Of a DNA stretch of 64,000 nucleotides, positions 52,101-64,000 are shown piece by piece. Made by a program: the position numbers and the translations under genes. Location: contig OZ024741.1 of assembly GCA_964016885.1 (NCBI GenBank), forward strand, positions 91,884,001 to 91,948,000, given 5' to 3'. Every line of letters starts with the position of its first letter. Positions within the stretch are counted from its first letter, which is position 1. Origin of the DNA: Eledone cirrhosa (lineage: Eukaryota). The notes beneath the pieces were generated by a model. It saw nothing but the letters and a program-made list of their open reading frames with translations. It made no database searches and was not told the origin of the DNA.

Positions 52101-53317
52101 TAATATCTAATACTTTACCAATTTAAAATCCTTTTTCTCAAAGGCACATATATATATATATATTTCTTTAAAAATATACCCATCTTTCTACCTTATTTCA
52201 ATGTTATTTATTATACATTATATATATATCATTCCTGTTTATCACTTCCCTTTCTTCCTTTTTCCCCTTTTTCTTTTAATTTCTAACCTCTAATCTGTAC
52301 CTTTTCTTCCTAGATACCTCACAATTCTCATTATTACTCACCACAATATATCCACTCTTCCTTCTTCCATCCTATCACTGGCCATAAAACTTACTATTAC
52401 CCTTTTAAATACTTTTTAGTATCACCTTGAAAAATCCTTCGCAAACATAAACATTTTTTTTGACGTTAGATTATTCATCCTCAATTCATAATTTTTTTCT
52501 TCCTTTCATGCTCGTCTAACTTACACATCACAACACATAAAAACAAACTTAAACCCTAACTAGTCTCCTTTGTTACATTATATTATTACCATTAGGAAAT
52601 ACTTCATAAACATACATATTTTGATGTTAAAGTCTTCTCCTTAAACACTATCTCATTCTTTGCTTTCTGCGCTCATTTGTAAACAAACTATTTATTTACA
52701 CATACATATTACTTTACATAAAAACATACTTAAACACTAACTAATTCCTCTAAATTCATAATTCATCCACTCTTCTACTTCTTTTCATAATATATCCTTA
52801 ATTACATTACTATTTTTATTTTTAATAATACATATCAACAATTTCTTTCAATCGGACATATTATTAAACCCTTCAATATTCAAACCTTAACTTAATATTA
52901 TTCTTAATACATATTAACAATTTCTTTTCATCGCACATATTATTAAACCCTTCAATATACAAACCTTAATTTAACATTATTCTTAAATTTTTCTCTTCGT
53001 TAATTTTCAAATTATTTTAATTTATATATTATCTTCCAACGGTTTTTTAACCCCTCTCTGTAAAACAATATATTTTTCTCAGTTATAAAGCTATCTCTCT
53101 CTATATCACCCATCTCTCCTCCTCTCTCATCCTTCCTTATTATACTCCTCCCCCTCCATTCTTTACTCTCATCTCCTCCTCTTTTTCATCCTTTCCACCC
53201 CCCACCCCCTCATTTTTTTTCTCCAAATATCACACATCAATCTAAAACTACTTTTCATATGTTGATTTATAATTGCACTATTCACAAGTGTTTTTTAACC
53301 TTCATATCATGTCTCCC

Positions 53318-53377
53318 TATTTTATCTGATGAAAACGCAAATGTCATCGCATGATGATATTTGTTTTTGAAATGCGC

Positions 53378-53383
<6 letters not shown>
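53318..53383 (+). ncRNA. Hammerhead motif truncated at the predicted cleavage site
   Basis: Same sequence as 50675-50745 but it runs into (TA)n right after GAAATGCGCATA. Confidence 0.78.
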
Positions 53384-53421
<38 letters not shown>

Positions 53422-53608
53422 AACGAGTAGGACCCCGACGGCTGAGCTCAAGCCGTTTCGACGGCTAATTCTGGACTGAATTAGCCGTCGAAACGGCTTG
53501 AGCTCAGCCGTCGGGGTCCTACTCGTTCCTATTACCCACTCTACTACCCTAAGTATTGAGTACTTTGGTGCGTTATGGTCCACCTGGTTCCTTACCACAT
53601 TTCCTTCG

Positions 53609-53665
<57 letters not shown>

Positions 53666-53754
53666 TAATAATAAATGTGAAGACTAAATTCCAAAGAGGG
53701 CTCGATAATATATATATATATGATATATATATTTATATATGATATATATATATA

Positions 53755-53800
<46 letters not shown>

Positions 53801-53807
53801 ATATATA

Positions 53808-53926
<119 letters not shown>

Positions 53927-54146
53927 CTGTATATATATATATATATAATATATATATATATGATATATATATGATATATATATATATGTATATATATATA
54001 TGTGTGTATATATTTATATATATATATATATATAATATATATATATATGATATATATATGATATATATATATATGTATATATATATATGTGTGTATATAT
54101 TTATATATATATATATATATATGATATTTATATGTATATATATATA

Positions 54147-54189
<43 letters not shown>

Positions 54190-54206
54190 TATATATGATA
54201 TATATA

Positions 54207-54395
54207 TGGCCTAGTGGTAAGGGTGTTGGACATACGATCTTAATGTCGTGGGCTCGATTCCTGAGTTGCGTGTTGTGTTCTTGAACAAAACACTTCATTT
54301 GCAGTATACTCAGCTGAAAATGAGTACCAGCAATAGCTGGAGGTTTAACCCTGCGATGGATTGGCGTCTTGCCCAGGGGAAATCTTGTAGTCTCA
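54207..54395 (+). mobile_element. tRNA-derived SINE family B copy
   Basis: TGGCCTAGTGGTAAGGGTGTTG A-box head, GGCTCGATTCC B-box, and TTCTTGAACAAAACACT..CTCAGCTGAAAATGAGT core. Confidence 0.75.
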
Positions 54396-54827
54396 GTCGC
54401 TTATATTTATATATATATATATAAGTCATATATATATATATATATAAATATATATATATATAAGTCAAATAACTTAGAGAATACTCTGATGCGTTGGAAT
54501 ATTTCAATGTTTCATCACGTAACAGTATTAGTTGGTGGGAACGTCACTACATACCCATATTTCAAATGATTAAATGTGGATTCTACGAAACAATATACTA
54601 ACGTCTGCTCTATGCAAACAGTTGGCTGATTACTAAGCATTGAGAGTAAAAAAGAAATTCATCAATTTTACATTATACTATACCACTGTCTTCTATCCTC
54701 TTTTGTTTTCTTTCTACAGAAAATTTCATGCATACCCAAGAGTAAGATTCGTATTCAAAACTGCAATTCAACAAATCAGTCAATTGAATGGTGCTGCACT
54801 TGCTTGTAGTGTTTAGCTGGTTCTTTA

Positions 54828-55142
54828 GTTGGTTGGCTGGTTGGTTGGGTGGCTGGTTGGTTGGTTAGTTGGCTGGTTGGTTGGTTGGTTAGCTGGCTGG
54901 CTGGTTAGCTGGCTGGTTGGTTGGTTGGATGGTTGGTTGGTTGGATGGTTGGCTGGTTGGCTGGTTGGCTGGTTGGCTGGTTGGTTGGCTAGTTGGCTGG
55001 TTGGCTGGTTGGCTGGTTTGTTGGTTGGTTGGCTGGTTGGCTGGCTGGTTGGCTGGCTGGTTGGTTGGTTGGCTGGTTGTTAGGCTGATTGACTGGTTGG
55101 TTTGTTGGTTGGCTGGTTGGCTAGTTGGCTGGCTGGTTGGTT
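54828..55142. repeat. (TGGT/TGGC)n tetranucleotide repeat
   Basis: Directly visible. Confidence 0.96.
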
Positions 55143-55366
55143 GAGAGAGAGACAGACACAGAGAGAAAAGATGGATAGATAGATATGTAAAATCCTGAGC
55201 GCGGCGCCAAGCGACTTCGGCTTGTATGTCACACATGTCAAAGTCGCTTGGTGCAGTGGTCAGGATTTTGCATATCTCTATACCCACTCTACAGCTCCTC
55301 ACGTATCGAGTACTCACATGATTAGTGGTTTCCTCGGTCTCAGCACCGCAGAATCTCTCTCTCTCC

Positions 55367-55477
<111 letters not shown>

Positions 55478-55684
55478 ATGGAGGCGGTAAAAACCAGTTA
55501 GACCATTACTCACCAGAGTACTTGATGCTTTGAGTAGTAGAAGGGGTAATATAGAAAATCCGGGACCCCGAAGGCTGAGCTCCGGCTGTTTCAACATCTA
55601 GATCCAAACTACTAGCTGTTGAAACGGCTGGAGGTCAGCCTTCGGGGTCCCGTATTTTCCATATATATATATGGCATAGTATAA

Positions 55685-55777
<93 letters not shown>

Positions 55778-55956
55778 GGGCTTCAGGGCTTCAGCAGTTT
55801 TTGTTAACGAAATTCCACTCAAAAGGCATTGCTCCTACAGAAACTATAGTAGACAACAGTACCACCTGCCACTCTTTCTACATATTTCCCAGTAATAACT
55901 AGAGAAATAGTCCGATTCTCCTACTCTATATCACATTCCAACGCAATGTATCTTTA

Positions 55957-55990
<34 letters not shown>

Positions 55991-57389
55991 GGGGGGGGGG
56001 GTATTATATATCATGTGTCATATATATGTCTCCCCATCAATATATTTTCTTCCATTACCAAGATATTCAATCAAAACTACCAGAGTGAATAAATGGCTTT
56101 GGATGTTCTGTTTGCCTAAAACATAACTATGTAACATCTAAATCAAGAAATATTGCAAAATCTAACACAGTTACGAGGGTTTCTTCATGGATCGATGCTG
56201 CTACAATGCTAGGTTACACGAATACATAAAAGAAAAGGACATAACTTATAAAAAGAAATTCATAGTTGTAAGGAAAATATTTTATCGGTCATAATATTTA
56301 TTGAACCTAATTCAGAGAACCAGAAAATAGACATTTCAATAGATCTTCAAAATTGATGCTTATTGAACATTAAACCCAATACTTTAAAATTAACTTCATT
56401 ATTTAATCTCTGACAGCTTTGGAATGACTGAATCTTTAGATCTTCAAACAAATATACCTCGTGGTGTTTAGTTATAACGCTTTACCTTCTGAGTTCAAAT
56501 CCAGTCGGAGTTGATTTTGCATTGTATCTTTCCTAATTAGATAAAGTATCAGTGATGAGCTGGATGTCGATTTAATCGACTTTGCCTCCACTCGAAAAAC
56601 GTGCTAAAATTAGAAACCAAAACGTTTCATAGCAAAAGTGTATCGTATGTTAAAATAAATCCAGCACGTTATTGCATATCAGTTTAGGAACTGGGTGGAG
56701 GTGAAAGGGAAAGTCAAATTTTGGAAGATCGAAAGCGAGTCTTCAGTCACCCCGACTCACCACGTTTTCCCCGACTTGTCACTAATATGTTCACTTTCCA
56801 TGCATAACACTAACCCCAATGATCAATCCATTGTTCATTGACCGTCAGCCCTTTGGAATTACCTGTGGAATTCTCACTCTATATAAATCTTTCCTGCAAC
56901 TGTTTACAAAGTACATTAACTGCATCGATTTCAATAGTTTCTATGGACCTGCGAAGAGCACGGTCATTTAGTTTTTCCCCTCCACTAAAACAATGAATAA
57001 CTAATATAAAATGTAGATTTACTCCCACAGGCATTAGAATATTTAATCATTGGCCAAATTGAAAGAATATTTTAACGCATTATCTAAGTTTTCTCTCTAT
57101 TGCCCCAATAATTTCTTTATATAAAATACAATTTGGGGTATATGCCTATGTGTTTCTGCTGTGCCTTTTAGGGAATAAATATAATAGAATCAATTTAAAT
57201 AAACCGCAAAATCAAATATGTCGATGCAAGTTCTTATCATTTGCACGGGAAAAGTATAGTTTTACCTTTTCATACATTTGTACATAATAACTAGGAGAAA
57301 AGCGCCTGACGAGTGATGTTTCTGCTAGTTCTAGATATACTCCCAATCCAAATACCTTCCACTCACAATGAGCGTAATAAAACGATACA

Positions 57390-57505
57390 ATTGGAGACCT
57401 CTGGTGTCCTTGGCCCCAGAACCACCTCCCTACTGACCATCGGCACGGAGTTGACTACCAGTAGGTGTGAGCCTCGAGAGCTGGAATGGCTCTTCCAGCG
57501 CATTC
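57390..57505 (+). mobile_element. Second CRE-like RLE 3' fragment
   Basis: LETSGVLGPRT..IG..EPRELEWLFQRI, homologous to 43202-43400. Confidence 0.6.
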
Positions 57506-58231
57506 CTTCACCACCTCCGGGTAAAAAGCTTTCTTTATTCTGTCCGCCGGGGCCGCGGGGTGGCCAGCGCGTGGGCCCCAATTTGCTCATAATAGTGAGA
57601 GATGGTGAGAGTGGGAAAGAGAGAGGTAGGGACAGTGGAAGTTTGGTTCCATTGTGTTCGGACCTGGTGTATATGTATGTATTTATTTACCACACCACAT
57701 TAATACTTCATCCAGACAATATGTGCATATGTGAGCTTGTGTTTACGTTCACAGTTTATTTACGTCCCACAACGTAGCTGTTCGACAAAGAGAGATTGAT
57801 GGAATAAGTTGAAAAAAAATCAGTATGATGGTGGATATGAAACCAGTAACAAAAAAATGAAATAAACCAATTATGCTGGAAATCAATATTGGTAAAAGAA
57901 TAAATTTCTGTAACTCATTTTAATGTGTTTAGTATCAGTTATTCCTCCTGGGATAAAGTAAGGAGTAAAGAGGTATACACCCAGCTTCAGGTATTAACTA
58001 ATGGTGCGTGTGTGTGTACGTGTGCCTGTATGTGAGTGTTTATATGTGTTTAAGTGGGTGTATGTGAGTGTTTATATGTGCTTACGTGAGTGTATAAATG
58101 CGTATGCTCTGGTGCATATGTGTATCTGTATGTGCGTATATGTGTTTGTACATATGCCTGTACTTATGAGTGTGTATGTGGGTGTATGTATGTGTATATA
58201 TGTATGTACGTGTGTGTATATACGAGTGTGC

Positions 58232-58279
<48 letters not shown>

Positions 58280-58765
58280 GCATATATGTATGTGTGTGTG
58301 TGTGAGAGAGAGAGATAGAGAGAGAGAGAGTTTTTATGTGTTTATATGAGTGTGGTCTGGTCTAATGTGTGTGCACATGTGAGCATCTTTATTATTTGTG
58401 CATGTGCATGTATGCGTGTGTGTATGCGCATGTGTGTGTGAGCGCACGTCTGTGTATGCGTGTATGCGCGTGTTCGTGTGTGTGGTACTTGACTCCCTTT
58501 GAGAAAGCAGTAGTAAGAACGGTAAGCTGCTGAACACCTAGAGTTTTGTCTGAGATTCCCAGATGAAATCTATTCATGTCATTATCACCATTAATATCCT
58601 TTGGGAGGCAACCAACATCATAAACTATCATTACCTCTTCGCTTATTTGTGCCAAAAACATCGAAACACCAACTCACACTACATTTCTTCATTTGTCTAG
58701 GTGTGTGTGTGTGAGTGTGTGTGTGTATGTGTATTTGTTTGTGTGTGTGTGTGTGTGTGGGTGTT

Positions 58766-58851
<86 letters not shown>

Positions 58852-58884
58852 TGTCTGTCTGTCTGTATACGTGTGAATGCGTCA

Positions 58885-59367
58885 GAGGCACGTTTTGTCC
58901 TTCAGCAAAACACTTTATTTTATGTCGCTTCAGTCCACTTAGATGGTTAAAAATCAGTTGTACCTGTTATTCAAAGGACCAGCCTTCTCACACAATATGT
59001 CACGCTGAACCTCTTTGAGAACTACTCTAAATGTACATGTGCCTATGAAATACTCAGCCACATGCATTCTAATGCAAGATGGATTATACTTGCAATTCGA
59101 AAGGCCTTCCTCATCACACATTGTGTCACGCTGTATTTCTCTGAGATCTACGTTAAAATTACATGTCTCTGTGGAATAGCTAACCACTTGGTTTATAACA
59201 CAAGATGAGTTGAACCTGTAATTTAAAGGCCAGCAGTATGCCATGCTGAATCTCTCTGAAAACTACGTCTATGGAATGCTCAGCCACTTGCACAATAATT
59301 TCCCGAACAGGCAGTCTCGCTGTTTAGCCAACTTGGACCACTCATCGTCGTAACTGACGGGAGACCA
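58885..59367 (+). mobile_element. SINE family B copy with a triplicated internal module
   Basis: The ACCTGT.ATT.AAAGG..CACGCTGAA..TGAGAACTAC..TGGAAT.CTCAGCCAC module recurs at about 58961, 59088 and 59212. Confidence 0.7.
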
Positions 59368-60694
59368 GCTACACATGAGGATGTGTAAAAATTTCGCATA
59401 TTTTTACTTTTATTATCTTTTTTTAAACACGTATGTTCAGAAATTTTATATTTTTCATTAATTTCATATCATAATAAAATTAAATACTTCGACTCCCTTT
59501 CATGATGTCAATTCTATAAAATCGCACTTGCCATATAAAAAAGGGCAAACACTATATTTTAAAAATTGCTATCAGAGTTACGTATAAACCTAGATACTTG
59601 ATTCTAACAAAATTTTCAGCCGCTTCAAACTACTTTTAAACAACATATTGATTATCTGTGCATAGCATTTACATACTCCATGAAATGTGCTATCTAGTTG
59701 AGATCAAACCTTTGCTATATAACATTACGAGAGAGCACATCAAAAGCACAAATAGGTTTTCAAAGCTTTTATTTCAAAGTGCGATGTAGTAACCATACTG
59801 ATTTTTCTTTGAAACCGAAAACTGGCTCGTGTATTAAACCGGACAAGCAGTACATTAATTTTTCTCTTTTAATTAGAAGAAACCGAAAGAGAATTATTGT
59901 GGTTTGGATGCCTGGTTACGTCTATAAAGCTGATCATTGTCTGTATAATTTCCTAGAAAAGTTCTACTTAATGTTACTGTGACCTCTCCGAAGCAACTCA
60001 AAAGCTTTCAACTCATAAAAAAAGTGTTGAGTTTCGACAAAAATATTTTGATGTTGCATTAATTAAATTTAATACTTTTTTAATAAGATCATTAGTAAGA
60101 ACATGGGGGTAATTGGAAGGACTGGGTAGTCTTCAGCGATGAGTGTTCTATTTCTTTGATCAGCGGACAGCCAGCTCGTGAAAGGAATGTATAAATCGCT
60201 GAGCATTCGTCAACATATTTCTCAGTGAGATATAGCATAACAGTGTGTAGCGAGGCTGGCCCTTAAAATTACAAGTACAGTCCGTTTTTGTTATAATACA
60301 GGTGGTTGAATATTCCAAAGACAGGAGTATCCTAAACGTAATTCTCCGAGTGAGTCAGTAGTGAGTGACAATGCTTTGAATTAGATCAACTGCCCCTCCA
60401 ACGGGTTTCCAAACTGCTTCCGCCTATACAAATGCACCCACAATGCTTGTGTCGACTTGAATCTATGGTAAATGACACTTGTCTATGATTCCACAGAGTG
60501 GGATTAAACCCGAGATATTGTGATTGGGACATGATCTTCATGACCATTCAACCATGCTGTTGAATGCAGTATGGCACAATATGTGACAAGACAGGCCCAA
60601 TGAATAACAGGTGTAACTAATTTTTGCCGGTTGAGTGAATTGGAGCAACGTGAGATATACATTTACATATAAATACATATACATGTGTGTGCAT

Positions 60695-60734
<40 letters not shown>

Positions 60735-62874
60735 ATAACTACATAGATATACGTATGTGTAGACAAAGTTGAGAGGAACCGAACAACAGTAATTATAGGA
60801 ACAGTAAACATTGAGTAAGCTACTAAGCCTACGTTTCGACACTTCAGGCTCAGACCAAAATTAACAAAACAGCATTTTCCATTATATAATTCATACCCAC
60901 CTATATAAAATCATGTGACATGTCACAACAATTCTCTCCTATATAATTCTCTCCATCGCTTTCGATATTGCCAAAACGCTACTACGCAGCAAAGATGACT
61001 TCCAATCAATTTGATCGTAGGAAATTATTATGTATTTAATTTAATTAGACAGATGTGCATGCTACTGGGATCCTTTGAGGTTCAGGAAGGTGCATCACTT
61101 AATTGTTCTCCTATTGAGGTTGCCTTAGTTGACTTAATTGTAGCACCGATTCCAATTTTAATTATATGAGATTTCGGTGTTACAACCCTTTTTCATTATT
61201 TTAGAATTAGAGTTATTGCCCCTTATTTGTCTTGGGTATTCTAAACGTTGACCTAAAGTTTACCTCTCTTAGGAAACGAATTGAAACAGTCGTTACAGCG
61301 TTGAATTAAATACAACGGTATTTGTTCCGGCTCACTGTTCTCTAAGCTCAAATCTGGTTTAGGTCAATAAAGTACCAGTCCACCAGAAGCGGTGGCTTGG
61401 TGAGATTGTTAAAGTATCGGATGCGATACTTTGCAATACCTAATTGGTATCTTTGCGTTCTGAGTTCAAATCCCCACTCTTTCTGCTAGGAGTTGGAAGC
61501 GACAGATAGTTTCAGCAATGGGAAGACCAATAAAAACTTTGTTTCCCTTGACCCTATCTGACAATAGGCTCCTTTCCTTTCTTTACCTCTGTTGAACGCA
61601 ATGAGAATCTTCATCAATTCAGACTTTCTTATTTGCTATAGTCTATCCAATAGTATAGTATCTTAGATAATTATCATTTAACATAGCACCGGGTTGACCC
61701 ATGCCTTGAATGGGAAATTGAGTAAACAACGACTACTTTGAAGCCCATCAGCTGAATCGTACTTGTAATTGAAATGACCAACATTGTCTCACACTCTTTC
61801 CCTGAAAATTACATTAGGATCACACGTGTTTGTGGAATGTTAAGTCACTTACACTAGAATATACAAGATAGACTGTACCTGTAATTCAAACAGTAAGATT
61901 AATCACATGCTGTCTCACGCTGAACTTCCCAAGGTATTGTATTAATGGCACACGTATCTGAAGAACACTCGTCGTCGAGTCGTCGAAGCTGGTGGAAGTC
62001 CTTTCTATTCCACTATAGATTATTGAATATATACAAGGGCCTGCATCTAGTGCACGCTGATTGTACTATGTGATTTGTCTATATTTCTTCAAATATAATT
62101 AGTAAATGACTGCATGCAGAAAGGTTTGAGATAATTGTCTTAACATTAATGAATATAGCTTCGCTATCTTAAAGCATGATTGGAAAATGTACTTCAGTAA
62201 CAGAAAAACAGTGTTTATACAACCGTGTATGTGTATAACAGTGTAACATATATTTGTATATATATATATATACACGCATATATATATATTTATGTATCTT
62301 AACAAAGTTCGGTCACACACACACACACACACACACATATATTTACATACATACATAAATACATATATGCATGCGTACATACATTCATACATTCATACGT
62401 ACGTACATATGTATTATGTATTATGTATGTATGTATGTATGTATGTAAGTATGTATGTATGTATGTATGTATGTATATGTGTGTGTGTGTGTGTGTATAT
62501 ATATGTGTGTGGGTGTGTATGTGTGTGTGTGTATGTGTGTGTATGTGTGTGTGTGACCGAACTTTGTTAAGATACTTATCAGAACACATGATCGTGTCAC
62601 CACCGAATAACAAGTTCAATGATACCTTCATTAGTATTTCTGTCATTTATTTGTTTTTAATTTGATTTTGTTGTTTGTTTGTTTGTTGTCCATTATCTTT
62701 GTATCTACATGGACTGTGACTGAAACAAGTGAAAGCAATATTTGTTTGCAAGAAGAAGAAGAAGAAGAAGAGGAAATTGACAGTAGATGTAAGAGGTTTC
62801 TTTCGTCGCCACATTAATTACTATAATTATTTTCGTGGTGTGTGAGTGTATGTGTGTGTGTGCGTGTGTGTTTT

Positions 62875-62981
<107 letters not shown>

Positions 62982-63836
62982 TGTAGGAATGAAGTGGAGA
63001 TTTATTTGGAAAAGAATACATGAATCAATAAGCTAATCAAATTGATAAAGAAAACTAAATGAGAAATTGTTTGCTTCAAGGTTAAATAGGACTTTATTGT
63101 ATTTTAGGACGAGACAATGAGACAATGATGTTATATATATATTCATGTTAAAATTATCTTGTGTGTTCCTTGATGATAACCCACCAAAAGTAAACTAATT
63201 AACGTTGTTGACTTGAAAGCCAAACAGCAGTCACTATTTTGTATAATAAAAAGGGGAGAAAAGAAATGGAGGCTACCGTCGTCAGATCGGACCAAGGAAA
63301 CAGTGTTTTTCAGTGATTTTCCCATAACTGATAATACTAACTCAGACCTGCCAACCTCTAAAATCCCAAACGGGAGTACCATGAAAAAACGTGTCCCAAA
63401 ATAGTAAGAAATGAGGCAAAATGGGGGGATTTTACATAATGAAAGCTTATACCCCTTTTTACAAGAGAAGACATCACTCACCCATCCCAAAGTGGGTGGG
63501 TGATCTCATCCGAGATGGACAATTGACAATTCTGCTACCTACCATTCGTAACTCCTTGTGGAAAGAGGTGGAATTTGAACTCAGAATGTACAGAGATGGA
63601 GGATGTACCGCAAAGCATCCTTAGTGGACGATTTTGAACGGAAAACATTTATTAAAAGCACCATCCTTATATCCGATTAAGGAAACTCGTTTTCTGTTTC
63701 TCTTTTGCTGATAAAATTTGTCGGCTGCAACTCTTGGAAGAAGTATTACTACTTTTACAGTGATACGGGTGGCATTTGAATTCAAAACGCACAAAACCGT
63801 ATCAGACGCCGCAAAGAATCAAGTACGACTCTTTTA

Positions 63837-63990
63837 TAATTCCGCCAATCGGTCATGTCTAGATTGGTACTTTATTTATCGACCCTAATAGAATGAAAGG
63901 CAAAATTTACCAAGGCATGATTTGAACTGAAATCGTACTGAGCCGGAAAAAATACCAATGATGTTACATTTAACCCGACATTCTAACGAC
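63837..63990 (-). mobile_element. SINE family A copy (decayed)
   Basis: TGGTACTTTATTTATCGACCC..GAATGAAAGGCAAA..TTTGAACT core. Confidence 0.7.
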
Positions 63991-64000
63991 TGTATAATAA

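Larger units (their letters stand above)
50551..53383 (+). mobile_element. 5'-truncated Penelope-like element with an inverted terminal repeat
   Basis: 50681-50848 is the reverse complement of 53215-53382. Contains the RT C-terminus, the EN and a 1.2-kb AT-rich 3' region. Confidence 0.9.

Noticed and set aside
54207-54280. tRNA gene
   Set aside because: A/B-box-like head only, with no cloverleaf. It continues into the SINE core, as at 35423 and 40005.
60822-60853. Minus-strand hammerhead-like CTGAAGTGTCGAAACGTA
   Set aside because: The core lacks the conserved A9 and there is no stem II. Too degenerate to call.
63143-63624. ORFs near the right end as a host exon
   Set aside because: No recognisable domain. 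The region includes a probable decayed MITE (CAGACCTGCCAAC at about 63343) and SINE pieces.

Overview
Eukaryotic, AT-rich, repeat-saturated intronic or intergenic DNA. I found no multi-exon host gene. The SINE families and the (TA)n/(CA)n/(TAA)n load resemble a coleoid cephalopod such as octopus, which is inference from memory. Recognisable content: (1) a 1.57-kb satellite of 19/20-bp units that expanded inside a SINE copy; (2) four non-autonomous or decayed Helitrons, including a head-to-tail dimer and a spliced 5' remnant of the RepHel gene; (3) a stack of three R4/Dong-type RLE non-LTR insertions in one (TAA)n tract, plus an orphan 5' end of a fourth; (4) two Penelope-like elements (RT + C-terminal GIY-YIG) with inverted terminal repeats; (5) RTE-like and CRE-like LINE fragments, many tRNA-derived SINE copies and huge microsatellites. 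The main unannotated signal is a dense set of minimal type-I hammerhead ribozyme motifs (stem I-CUGANGA-stem II-GAAA-palindromic stem III-UH-stem I). About 15 have an intact core and several more are degenerate. They sit in Penelope tails and in ORF-less elements embedded in (TA)n. They include a retrozyme-like 524-bp tandem unit, a roughly 390-bp palindrome with a ribozyme on each strand, and a Penelope copy that ends at its predicted cleavage site. Almost all ORFs in the supplied track are microsatellite or antisense artefacts. All folds were read by eye, not computed.
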